DNA of 64,000 bases from Okamejei kenojei. Lineage: Eukaryota. Positions 1 to 12,469 of this stretch are shown here, in pieces. The stretch spans positions 34,348,001-34,412,000 of the forward strand of contig CM069142.1 in assembly GCA_035221665.1 (NCBI GenBank). Reading direction: 5' to 3'. Below the pieces are notes generated by a model, which was not told the origin of the DNA, did no database searches, and worked only from the letters and a program-made list of their open reading frames with translations. Within the stretch, counting starts at the first letter, position 1. Each line of letters begins with the position of its first letter. The translations under genes and the position numbers were made by a program.

Positions 1-263
1 ATTTGACGTCTCCCTATTAGTTCCTTCAGTCTCTGAAACACTGGAAACTTGAATCAGTCGATTGTACTGTTGCCACAACAGCTAAATAACCAAGAGTTGG
101 CAGTATCTTGTTGTCTTGCAACACTGAATATTATTTGGCACAAAAGTCTGAATAGTGAAGTCAATGCATGACATAACGTCACAGTTTACAGTGAAGACAC
201 GGGTGCAAGCAAACTCCCCAATTGTCCATTATCTCTCTCTCACACACGTATAATACAATATAA

Positions 264-780
264 GACACAAAATGCTAGAGCAACTCAGCGGGTCAGGCAA
301 CATCTCTGGAGAAGATGGATAGGTAATGTTTCGGTTTGGGGCCCTTCTTCAGACTGTTTGAGGTGCGGCCGGAGAAAGCTGAAGAGAGGAGTGGGCGTGA
401 CAAAGTCTGGCGAGTGATAGGTGGATACAGGGGAGGGTTTGGGGAAGTTTGATTGGCAGATGGGTGGACAAAGGTTAGAGATGAGAAACATAAAGTGTGA
501 GATAAGGAGAGAAGAAATGTAAAATGGATAGCTAGAGGATGGAATATATGTGGAAAAGAGTGGGGGAGGGGAGGGGAGGGGAAAGGGAGGAATGGGTGTG
601 CATTCAATTGCATTTGTCCCACCTCCTCCCCTCTTCCAGCTTTCTTCCTCCTATTATCACATCCCGACCCAAAACATTGTCTATCCATGCTCTCCAGCGA
701 AGCTACCTGACCCACTGAGTTACTCCAGCACTTTGTGTCTTCTCTTATATATCAGCATCTGCGGTTCTTTATATCTCCGA
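264..780. mobile_element. Penelope-terminus-derived inverted-repeat element
   Basis: Arms ~264-340 and ~662-739 are inverted copies. The same architecture occurs at ~6553-7030, 30950-31390, 45745-46000, 52010-52225, 52340-52535, 62665-63220. Confidence 0.75.
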
Positions 781-1744
781 CAATCTGCTCTTTAGAGATG
801 GGAAAATGTTGAACAAGACAATGTTCCTGGTTCTTTTGTAAAATTATGATCCAGATTTGTGAATGTTTCAAATGCCGCTTTTACATTTAGCAATAAAGTG
901 ACTAATTGAATTAATAAACATTTTCAAGTACATTTTTGCATTTTTCAAAGTAATATTTTTCTAAATCCCAATCAAATAACTACAAATCTCACCCAAGCCA
1001 GCTAATAAATGAACACTTTGAAAATGCCATAAATGTCCCTGACTTATTTATGGCATTTAATCTTCATTAAATATGAGAAATTTAATCTTCATACATGAGA
1101 AAACTATTATCCTTGGAAGGATTGTAGCACAGACTGATACGAGGGCTTGAAGATTCAAGGAATGAGAAGAGATTGCAAAAGGAGAGATTTGGTAGATACA
1201 CCCCTGAATTTGGAAGATTGAAGGGTGATCCCATTTTAAAAAATTGATTGAAAGATTCAAGAACATGGCAACAGGCTCTAAGGCCCATCAAGTCCATGCT
1301 GACCGTCGAATACCCGTTCACACAATAGTTCTATGTTATCCCACGTTCTCATAGTCCACAGTCCAAAATATTAGTGACCAGCTAGGGGCAATTTACAGAG
1401 GGCCAGATAACCTACAAACCCGCACGTCTTTGGGAAGTGGGAGTAAACTGGAGCACCTGGAAGGAACTCACGCGGTCACAGGGAGAATGTGCAATCTCCA
1501 CGCACACAGACAGACAGCACCTGAGGTCAGGATCATAGCCAGGTCTATGGCGCTGTGAGGTAGCAGCTCTACCAGCCGCGCCACCATGCTGCCCTTTAAA
1601 TGATTATCTGATTTCATCAGTGATATACAAAGGAACAACATTCTTTGATAATAGAACCCAAGAAAGATTAAATTGGCAGCTCGGTTTCTGAGGTGTGAAA
1701 TCAAAAATCTCTTTAGGGTTTAGGCTTTGATTTATTTACACTTT

Positions 1745-2040
1745 TTAGAGAAACAGAGCGGAAACAAGCCCTTCGGCCCACCGTGTCTGTGCCAACTGTC
1801 GATCATCATGTACACTAGTTCTATCCTACACACTGGCGACAAATTACAATTTTACCAAAACTAATTAACCTACAAACCTGTATGTCTGTGGAGTGTGGGA
1901 GGAAACTGGAGCACCCGGGGAAAACCCAAGTGTTTACAGGAAGAACGTACAAACTCTGTACAAACAGCACCCGTAGTCAAGATCGAACCTGGGACTCTAG
2001 CGCTGTGAGGCAGTTACTCTGACGCTGCACCACCGTGCCG
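1745..2040 (-). mobile_element. HE1-type V-SINE
   Basis: Same structure on the minus strand. Further copies at ~1262-1592(-), 2704-2990(+), 7065-7233(-), 9345-9770(-), 17866-18135(+), 19100-19370(-), 20883-21182(+), 21415-21952(-). Confidence 0.88.
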
Positions 2041-5000
2041 CAGTTTATTATTATCACGGGATAATAACCAAGATACAGTGAAAAACATGCTGTCCAGTCA
2101 GATTAGATAATACCATACCTAAATACACAGTGGCAACCTCCTCATACCTTTAAAATATTCATGGTTGATATCACCAGATGTTTTTAACAAATACTGGAAA
2201 TGCTGAGCTTCAGAAATGAAACAGAACTTGTTGGAAATTCCCAGCAGTTTTGTGGTGAGAGGAAAGAAAATAACAGGGCTAATCTCATTGACATCCAGAT
2301 TCTGCAGATATCTGACAGCTGCCTCAGCTAAAAAATATATATTTATAATATATGACAAAAAAAAATGCAAAGACAATGTTCGGTGTGACTGTGAATACTC
2401 TGGAATACCGAGCAGCCATACTTGCCTTTCTCTCAGTCGTGTTTCTGATATGGCTTTAATATTGCAGTCCCTGAATTAGTTTAGTTTAGTTAAGTTTATT
2501 GTCATGTGTACCGAGGTACAGTGAAAAGCTGTTTGTTGATGCTATCTAGTCCCACACCCTGTCCATTTACTTTCCCTGTATCACCCACCACTGAAGTCAA
2601 TAATGTGTTTAAAAATACATTTGGACAGATGTATGAGCAGAAAGGGTTTTGAGGGATATGGACCAGATGCAGGCGAATGTGCCAAGTGCTGGCAGCCCAA
2701 TAGGGTGACACAGTGGTAAAGTTGCTGCCTTACATCGCCAGAGTCCCGGGTTCAATCCTGAGTACGGGTACTGTCTGTGTGGAGTTTGTACGTTCTCCCT
2801 GTGACCACTTGGGTTGTTTTCGGGTGCTCCTGTTTCCTCCTACACTCCAAAGATGAACAAGATTGTGTGTTAATTGGCTTTGGTAAAAATTGTACACCGT
2901 CCCGTGTGTAGGATAGTGCTAGTGTGTAGGGATCGCCGGTCAGCACTGACTCCGTGGGACGAAGGGCCTGTTTCCGAGCAGTATCTCTGAAGGTTCAAGT
3001 CTAACCTCTTTAAAAATACATTTGGACAGGGATTCGGGTAGGAAGGATTTAGAGGGATATGGGCCAAATGCAGGCAAATGGGATAAATGATGGCAGCCCA
3101 ATATGCCAACTTGGTCGGCAAGGACAAGATGGGCTGAATGGGTTGTGCAGTACAGCTATGAGACTCTATAAATTAGTGATAGGAGTGTTTTCTTCTCTTT
3201 AGCATCATTTATTTTCACTTTTGATTCACTTCACACCACTAAATACTTCTCTTGTTGCTTCTTGTAACTATGGTACTTTTAAATAGGCTTCCGGAAAATG
3301 CATATCCGTAGCCAGTATGACAGGTTTTTATACTTTCCTCAGTTACAAAGACGCATAAAATGTACATAATAAAGTCAAACATAGATTACAACAGGTGGGT
3401 ATCGAAAAGCAATTGCAACATCCAGACATAATATTGTGGGCAAAACACACAGTGCTGGAGGAACTCAGCAGGTAAGGTAGCATTTGTGGAGAGAATGGAC
3501 AGATGACGTTTCAGGTCAGGACCCTTCTTCACTAATATTTTGGACTGTGGACTGTGTATGAGAAAGTGGGATAAGATAGAACTAGTGTGAACGGGTGATC
3601 AATGGTTGGCGCGGATTCAGTGGGCCAAAACTCTCATGCTGGGGTTGAATTACTCAATCTTCCATCTACCTCTTTGCTGTTCTTGCACTTTTTTAATCTG
3701 CATTTTCTCTCTTGCTCTGCAAATTCCCCCTAGTCTGTAGGGAGTGGATGAAAAAGCTGGATAACATAGAACTAGTGTGAATGAGTGAGGATGGTCGGCG
3801 AGGACTCGGTGGACCAAAGGGTCTGTTTCCCTGCTGTATCTCTAATCTAAACCCGGGCTTATGGACGGTCTGTTCAGAAGTCTGTTAACAGAGGGGAGGA
3901 AGCTTTTCATGCATAACATCAAGTGATGAAACAGGCATCAAAATGCCTGCAGCAGATGCTTGTGTGTCTGGATGTTGTGTGTACATTTGTCCATTGGATA
4001 TAAAGAAATACAAATGGCCCAGGTGACTCAAACATTGGCAAGCTTCCACAGATTGGAGTCTGTGTCAGCAGATGTGAAAGGCAATCGTGCTTTATTGTCA
4101 CATGTGCAAAATGCAGTGAAATTCCTTTTCAAGTGACCAGATTTTGCGCTGTTTCAACCCCCGGCTAGGTCTTATGGAGAGGCGCCCATCCAGGGGAGCC
4201 CCAGGCTTCTGCAGGGCCTCCAGCCATCGCCTATGCCTGGATCGTCCAATGAACCATCGTTCCTCTCCTCGCCCTGCCACCTTTGTGCCCTGTGGCCTTG
4301 AGGGTGTGGGAGGTAAGACCCACTGCGGTTCACTTTCCTACCGGCCTCGCTCCTCGTGACCGTCGTCACTGGCTCTCTCCTCTTTGGTTCTCCGGTCTTC
4401 GGGGGATGAGCCGGGGCCGGGCTCAGCTTTCTCCCCTCCCACCCCTCCCCCCCACAGGCCACGGCCTGCCGTATCTTTCCGGGCATGTTCCCGGTTCCGC
4501 GGTGGGCGAGCGAGGCCCGCTGTCGGGTATGCCCATAATCACCGGGATCCTTCTGCCATGTGGCACACAGACCAGTCTTGCCTCGTCCACCGTTCACGGT
4601 TGTTTGCTGACTGTCTCTGTTTAGGGAAATATCACTGTACATCTCAGCAAGTGAACCTCCAAAGGCATAGCTGGAAAGAGTTGTTTGCTGGAAGACCTGT
4701 TTCCAACAGGAATTGCACGTTTCTGGAATGCAGCAAAAGCAAGAGAGATGTGCTCTCCATGTGACTGCCTTAGATTGTTGGGTGACCTTTGGCAAGCTAG
4801 GTTTGATTATTGGTTGCTATCTCTATCCATATCAGGGTGAGTCCGTCATTGTTCATGAGTTCATAAGTCATAGACCCATCCTACCAACACCTAGAGAGCA
4901 GTCCTGACCTACCATCTTCCTCCATGGAGACACTCAAACTATCTTTGGTCAGACTACTGGACTTTATCTTGCACTAAACATTATTCACATTATTCCCTTT

Positions 5001-5128
5001 ATCCTGTATCTGTACACTGTGGATGGCTTGATTGCAGTCATGTATTATCTTTCCGCTGACTAGGTAGTGCCCGACAAAAGATTTTTACTGTACCTCGGTA
5101 CACGGGACAATCAATAAACTCAATTCAG

Positions 5129-5465
5129 AGAAGCAGAAGTAGACTTTTCAGCCCATCGAGTTTACTCCGCCATTCAATCATGGCTGATCTATTTTTCCCC
5201 CTCAACCCCATTCTCCTGCCTTCTCCCCATATCCTTTGACACCCTTCAATCAAGAACCTGTCAATCTCCATCTGAAAAATACCAAATGCCTTGGCCTCAA
5301 AGCCGTCTGTGGCAATGATTCACCACCCTCTGACTAAAGAAATTCCCCTCATTTCCTTTCTAAAGGCATGCCCTTCATTCTGAGGCTGTGTCCTCTGGTC
5401 CGAGACTCTCCCACTAGTGAAAATATACTCTTCACATCCACTTTATCCAAGCCTTTCACTATTCT
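5129..5465 (-). mobile_element. CR1 LINE 3' fragment
   Basis: GLDKVDV..GESRTRGHSLR motif plus CR1 3' UTR. Similar fragments at ~21675-21910, 36345-36710, 49160-49480, 51525-51770, 56910-57250, 63480-63700. Confidence 0.85.
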
Positions 5466-8311
5466 CGATTCTCCAAATGTACCCATTGCGGACGTTGGAC
5501 TTTGTCTCTGGAACTGATGTGCAACAATGCGGAAAACTCTACCCTGCACTCTGTACCTTTCTCTTTGCTCTATTGTACTGGAGTTTGGCGTGATTGTATT
5601 TGTATATACTGTAGTGTTAGCTGATTTAATTGGATAGCTTGCAAACAAAGCTTTTTTACTGTACACGTGACAAAATAAATCTAAACCTAAACCACTCATA
5701 TGCTGGGGATAAATGACCCAATCTTCCAATCTACCTCATTGTGGCCCTAGCACTTATTTTATTTGCACTTTCTCTGTAGCTATAACACTATATTCCGCAC
5801 TCTGTTTATTTCCTCTTTTGATTGATCTGTTGTACTCATGTATGGTATGAACTGCCTGGAATACACACAAAACACAGCTAATTACTGTTCCTGGGAACAC
5901 GTGACAATAATGAACCTAAACCTGAAAAGTGTTCTGAAATGTCCATAATAATTAGCCACAGTTACTATCATCATAGCAGTGTGTTTATGACATCATCCTC
6001 CCTTCATTAAGCAAACCAGCATTGGTTATGGGGAGAAGGCAGGAGAATGAGGTTGAGAATGAAAGATAGATCAACCATGATGGAATAACAGTGCAGACTC
6101 AATGGGTCGAATGGTCTATTTCTGTTCCCATGACATGAACTTAAGAACTTATAACATCAAGGTTTGAAACTTAGCACGAGTGGAACTATTTGTTTAAGAA
6201 GGAACTGCAGATGCTGGAAAATTGAAGGTAGACAAAATTGCTGGAGAAACTCAGCGGGTGAGGCAGCATCTATGGAGTGAAGGAAATAGGTCTAGGCGGT
6301 CCAGTAAACATAATTCCAGTAAGCAGGCAAGAGCTTTGAGGTGTAATTATAATAATGAGTGAATCACTCTAGCAACAAAGTAGCTCAATTAAAAATATAA
6401 CATTACGAGTGTCTGCTGCTTCCTCCAGCTTCACAATTCACAACTCTTCGATCCTTTAGTCTCCCACAGAAGGTCTTTTCAGCTCTGGCTTTTGTCCAAC
6501 CAGCTGACTATCAAAAACACTCCTCACCTGTATCAAACTATTACTTAAGATAGACACAAAGTGCTGGAGTAACTGAGCGGGTCGGGTAGCATCTCTGGAG
6601 AAAACGGATGGGTACCATTTTGGGTTGGGACCCTTCTTCAGACTGAAAATTGGGGGTTGGGCTGGGGGGGGGGGGGGGAGGTGAAAAGCTGGAGGCAAGA
6701 AAAGACTAAGACCAATTAGGACCAGCCACAGATGACCTTAGGCAGGGTGGTGCCTGGTAGGTAGGTTGGGAGGCTGGCCAGGGAGCGTGTGATTTCAAGA
6801 GAAAGAATGTGGAGAATTGTTTTCACTTTTTACTTGCCAGGCTTTGTCCCGCCTCTCCTCTTTCCCAGATTCATTCCCCCTTCCCTCCTCCCATTACAAT
6901 CAGTCTGAAGAAGGGTCCTAACCCGAAACATCACCAATCCATGTTCTCCTGAGATGTTGCCTGGCCCACTGAGTTAACCCAGAACTTTGTGCCTTGTTTT
7001 GCAAACCAGCACCTGCAGTTCCTTGTGTCGCCATTTTTACAATACTTCTTTTAAATTTGAGTTCGGAGATACAGCGTGGAAACAGGGCCTTCGGCCCACC
7101 GAGACCGCGTCGACCAGCGATCACCCAGACACTAGAGAATCTACAAACGGCGTACAGACAGCGCCCGTACTCAGGATCAAACTTGCGTCCTTGGTGCTGT
7201 ACGGCAGCAACTCTACCGCTGCGCCACCGTGCCGCAGTTTATTATTATTAACTGTGCCAAGATACAGTGAAAAACATATTATCCAATCAGTTTAGATAAT
7301 ACTATCCCATAATATGCAGTGGCAACTTCAACGCATTCCCTTAAAATGCTCATGATTGATATCACCAGATGTTTTTAACATAAATACTAGAAATGTCGGG
7401 CTTCTGCAATGAAACAAAACATATAAAACTCTGAACAGACAGTACGCAAGGTCAGAAACAAACCCGGGTTTCTGGCGCTGTGAGGCAGCAATTCTACCGT
7501 TGTGCCGCTGTGCTGCCCCAACTTGTTTATTGTTTCTTATCAAGATAGACTAAAGCAGGACTGTGTTTGTTGAATCTGATGTGTGAAGGTCACTCTAAAC
7601 TACTCTGCACCAAAATAACACACAATCAACATGATTTTCAGCATAACCTTGTACTTGTCTTGTCAGGCACTGTTGAATGGCGTAGCCTCTATCCTCAATG
7701 GAGATCATTTTAGCCCCAGAAATAGGCGCATTAGGGGCAGGTGAGGCTTGCAATTCGTTTATGACAGTGATTGCATGAACATATGTGAACATACGATGAG
7801 CGTTTGACGCAGGGCTGCCAACATTGGGTGAGAGTTGGGAGTGAGAAATTGTGAGAGACCAAGCCCAGGGAACATAGGAACCGAGGGGGGTAGGGAGGGT
7901 GTCGGATGGGGGGGGGGGGGTGTGGGTGATGTATTAAAATCATGTTTTAGTGCATTGGGGAAGTATGATTTCAATGTTTTTTGTTTAAAGTATTTTTAAG
8001 AGGTAACTTTTTAAGGGGTAACTTTTTTCCACACAAAGGGTGGTGGGTGTATGGACAAGCTGCCAGAGGAGGTAGTTGAGGCAGGGACTATCCCAACATT
8101 TAATAAACAGTTAAACTGATACATGGATAGGACAAGTTTGGAGGGATAGGGACCAAAAGCAGGTAGTGTAGCTGGGACACGTTGGCGGGTGTGGGCAAGT
8201 TGCGCCGAAGGGCCTGTTTTCGCACTGTACCACTCTATGACTACATTATACCTCCACCATGCATGAATGCTTCAAAACCAAGTGGTCAAGTTTTATTGCC
8301 ATAAACTCGAG

Positions 8312-8636
8312 CATAGAAACATAGAAAATAGGCCATTCGGCCCTTCAAGCCATTCAATATGATCATGGTTGTTCATCTAAAATCAGTACCTCTTTCCTGT
8401 TTTTTCCCCATATCCCTTGATTTCGCGCTAGCCCCAAGAGCTAAATGTAATTCTCTCTTGAAAACTATCTAGTGAATTGGCCTCCACTGCCTTCTGTGGC
8501 AGAGAATTCCACAGATTCACAACTCTCTGGATGAAGAAAGTTTGTCCTCATCTCAGTCCTAAATGGCCTGCCCCTTATTCTTAAACTGTGACCCCTTGTT
8601 CTGAACTCCCCCAACAGCGGGACCATTTTTCCTGCA
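8312..8636 (-). mobile_element. CR1 LINE 3' fragment fused to the TDP2-like segment
   Basis: GEFRTRGHSLRIRGRPFRTEMR C-terminal motif, CR1 3' UTR and (TTTCTATG)n-type tail; truncated at cctgca (compare 39001-39020). Confidence 0.9.
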
Positions 8637-8741
8637 GTTACAGTAAGTGAAAATGTAGCAGGCAAGCAGGATGCTTTTTCCAACCACCCCCATTTGAAGG
8701 CCACTATCTTCCACTGCTTCTACCCAGTGCTTGGTACTTAC

Positions 8742-8882
8742 TTCCAGCAGCCACTGGTTGTCCTCCAGGAAGCAACGAGCCGCAGCCTGATCCATACCGG
8801 TCACCAGGGCGAATTCGGCGCAGGGACTCTCACGGCAAACACTCGCCAGGCCCGGCTCCCCATCCGCTGCTTCTGCTTCCAT
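8742..8882 (-). pseudogene. TDP2: TDP2-like exon 1 fragment (N-terminal UBA-like domain) with intact donor and intron stub
   Basis: MEAEAADGEPGLASVCRESPCAEFALVTGMDQAAARCFLEDNQWLLE then |GTAAGT (phase 0). Resembles the TDP2 N-terminus (CxEFA..AxCFLxxNxWxxE). No further TDP2 exons recognised in the window. Confidence 0.72.
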
Positions 8883-10271
8883 CCCTCCCTCCGCCCCGGC
8901 TCTCCAACACCCACAACCAGGTTGCTCAAAGCAAACCAGCGCCTCGTCCAAAGACGGAGACATTGAAACATGTCTAGCCAAAGAAGTGGGTTTGAGGGAA
9001 AGATAGTTCAGCCATGATTGAATGGTGAAGTAGACTGAATGGCCCAATTCTGCTCCAAGAACATATGAATTTATGAACATTGCAGATTAGCAGCACTTAT
9101 CTTTTCCCCTTTGAGACAAAGACCTAGCAGTCAAAGTCGAGAAGTGATCTGACTTGAAACATCACCTACCATGTTCTCCAGGGATGTTATCTGACCCCCT
9201 GAGTTACCACAGCACTTTATGTCCTACTTTGTAAATCAGCATCTGCAGTTCCTTGCTACTACAGCCAAATCATGTATTGCATGCAACTGGGCAATCAAAA
9301 GATATTGATGCAATTAATATTTTCAAAATACCAATTGATTTGTTTTATTGATACAGCATGGAAACAGACCCTTAGGCCGACCGACTCCACGCTGATCACC
9401 CATCACCCATTCACATTAGTTCTATGTGATCCCACTTTCACATCCACTCCCTACATACTAGAAGCAATTTTACAGAGGCCAATTAACCTACAAAACCCGC
9501 CTGTCTTTGGAATTAAGTTTAGAGATACAACTTGGAAACAGGCCCATCGGCCCACTGAGTCTGCGCTGACCAACGATCACCCGTACACTTGTTCTATCCT
9601 ACACACAATGGGCAATTTACAGAGGGCCAATTAACCTACAAACCCACACATATTTGGAATGCGGGCGGAAACCGGAGCACCTGGAGGAAAACCACGGGGT
9701 CACAGGGAGAACGTGCAAACTCCACACACAGACATCACCCGAGGTCAGGATCGAACCCGGTTCTACCAGCTGCGTCATTGTTTATTTAAACATAAATGTT
9801 GAGTTGCACAGCTTTGGGAATGATTATGCGTGCATTTAATGCCACCTTAGCAACTCCAGGGTTAAGCAGTCAAGTAACTCAGTTACCAACAAGGTTGCAA
9901 AGACGCCTATACGTACTGGAATAGAAATCGACCTCACACAAAATATTCAAATCAATGGCAACCACACTCCCAGGTCTTTAATCTTCATTATCAGTATGAA
10001 GTGCAACTGTATGTGAGTGACTGTATGTTGTTGAAAGGAACTGCAGATGCTGGTTTAAACTAAAGATAGACACAAAAAGCTGGAATAACTCAGCGGATCA
10101 AACAGCGTCCCTGGAGAAAAGGAATAGGTGATGTTTCAAGTCGAGACTCTTCTTCAGACTGGTTATTCCAGCTTTTTGTGTCTAACTTTAGTGACTGTAT
10201 GGACTTGTTTGTGAGCACAATGAAGAACAATGCAGAAACAAGGAACTGTAGAAACACAGGTAGACAAAAAT

Positions 10272-10500
10272 CAGGCCCGTACGAAGCTTTTCAAAAAGGG
10301 GGGTGGCATGACAGGATTCCAAAAATGTCGTGAAATAATGTGCACGCAGCGCACATCACAAGCGGGAAGCTCCTCACGTCCGGGTTCCAGGGCCCGCTTA
10401 AGGGCCCTGAAAGCTCTGGGGCTTTAGATGCTCTCTGGTGCATTCTGTGCCGTATTTTGGAGCTTTTTGCACCAAATGTATGACCAATATTGCAGAAATA
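10272..10500. mobile_element. Probable DNA-transposon terminal fragment
   Basis: Starts CAGGCCCGTACG with CpG-rich subterminal sequence; interior resembles 23330-23375; no partner TIR found. Confidence 0.4.
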
Positions 10501-11379
10501 ATTTTGGTTGAGCCTGGGTGGAATGGGATGATTGGGATCATTGTTGTATCCTTTTTTTAAAATTAAGAATTGTTGTCCTTGTTTTAATAATCAAGTTGTA
10601 CTGTTGTAAAAAGTTATGTCAAATGTTATAAAGGAGCATGCAAAAACTGCAAAAAAAATACTGTAAGTTCTTGCAGTAAAGAAAACCTTTTTTTTAGAAA
10701 ATGTTTTATGTGTTGATTTGATTGCCTGTTACTGTTAGACTGTATTAGTGTGTGCAGTGCACCTTTAATAGTCTTCCTGACCTAACAACTTCACATCACA
10801 TCAACCTCAACATGAAATAGTTCCGTTTTCTGAGAATGCAACTGTGCAAACCAAGTCATGGACAAAGCCATAGTGAATGTGCATTAAGGCGAGTGCAGAC
10901 AGCCTGTCATTGCTCATGGAAGTCCTGGTCTTTCCTTCTTTGCGGATGTGAAAACGTGTTTGTCCTCGTTGGCTGGATCAAAGTAAGGTGCCGAGCAAGG
11001 TCACGCCTACTGCAAGCATGCCGCCTGGTTTGGGCAGCTCTGCCCCCGAGGAAGGCAGCTGCAGCAGGGCCAGCAGCAGCATGAAGACTTACCTGGCCTC
11101 TGGCAAACCCAGCAGAGCGGGCAGCTGGGGCTCCCATCTGACATTGTGCGTTGCTCCAGCTCCAAGAGGCAGTTTAGGCCAGATTCGCTAGTCATGTACT
11201 AGCAGAAGTGTGAGTTTGTGCTAGGAGCGGCGGCCACCAGCAGCGCCCGCAGTTTCAAGAGCCGTGGCAGCCTGGTCCGTTGGCTGCTGCCCGGCTCTAG
11301 CGGCTGGAATGACAAGCAGCAAGGGCTGGCAACAGGAGCAGCAACGTCTGAAGGGGAAAATTAGCAGAGGGTACAGAGG

Positions 11380-11720
11380 CTGCAGCACCCCAGAGTGCAC
11401 AAGTAACCACACTAGCAGCACTCCTGGGGTCACTAGTAACCACGAGCAGCATTCCAGGGAGAAACAGCAGCCTCGCCAGCAGCACCGCAGGGTGCACAAG
11501 TAACTACACCAGCAGCACCCAAGGGGGCACAAGTTACTTTCAAACCAGCAGCACTCCAGGGTTCACAAGTAACCACGAGCAGCAGTCCAGGGAGAAACAG
11601 CAGCCTCGCCAGCAGCACCCAAGGGTGCACAAGTAACCACTCCAGCAGCACTCCAGGAAGGACCAGTCGCCACGCCAGCAGCATCCCAGGCTGCACAAGT
11701 AACCACGCCAGCTGCGCCAA
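11380..11720 (+). repeat. 33-bp coding-type minisatellite (PAAPKGAQVTT-like units)
   Basis: About 10 units of ccagcagcacccaagggtgcacaagtaaccact with higher-order duplication. Confidence 0.85.
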
Positions 11721-12469
11721 GAGAAGCAGCAGCAGGTCGCCCCAAGGAGCCGCTCAAGCGGCAGGTTGGTGAAGGCAGATTATGGCGCACTCTGACCTCA
11801 GCTGCCGGTTCACCTGAGCCTGCTCGGGCTAGGACAGTTTCTTCGAGCACTGTGGACTCGAGCCCGAGGTGATCGAGAACCTGGCCAGGGAGAAGCTTGC
11901 CGCCGACGCCGCCTTCGAAAGCCTTTCCCTCATGTTTCGCAGCGTGAGAGGCATGTTCCACTTGGGTGACATTTTCCGCAACAGCCTGAAAAAAAGGTTG
12001 TCGAGTCGTGGTCGGGTCGTGACGCGGCCTGATGCGCGGTGATGCATGTGGTGACGCACGGTGACTCCCTGTCACCTCTGGATTTTGGAATGTTCAAAAT
12101 CCAGGGGCGACCTGGGTGTCTCATCTTATCGTGCACCCTGTCATACACTGACGTATGCTGCCCTGCGGGTGACGACTGGTTAGGGTTAGGGTTGGGGTTA
12201 ATGACCACAGATGGGCTGTAAAATATTCTTCCTTCAATGCATGGATTTTAAACATTAATATATTAAAATTAATACAATCAAATCAATTGTGCAAATGAAA
12301 AGATGTCTGTCCAGTTTTATTTACAGATGTATTGGTCCGCTTCCAGATCCAATCACCATCTCTAACTTTTCACACGAATGGATTCAGCGAATGTAGACTG
12401 AACTCCCCTCTCCCCTCCACCCCTCACTTCCCTTATTCTATTATTTCGTTGGGGGGGGGGGGGGGGGGG

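Noticed and set aside
4140-4620. GC-rich patch as a third CpG-island promoter or gene
   Set aside because: Preceded by a reverse LINE-type tail (tttattgtcacatg..cagtgaaattc); similar GC-rich LINE 3' UTRs occur at ~34280-34600 and 56080-56320; no splice or coding support.
11380-11720. CRISPR-like array
   Set aside because: Contiguous tandem units without unique spacers, in a vertebrate context.
11092-11985. Apparent minus-strand exon (tttttttcag acceptor near 11986, CAG|GTAAGT donor near 11091)
   Set aside because: Minus frames contain stops and read like antisense of coding sequence; the plus strand has the coding signature. Cannot be excluded as a non-coding exon without RNA data.
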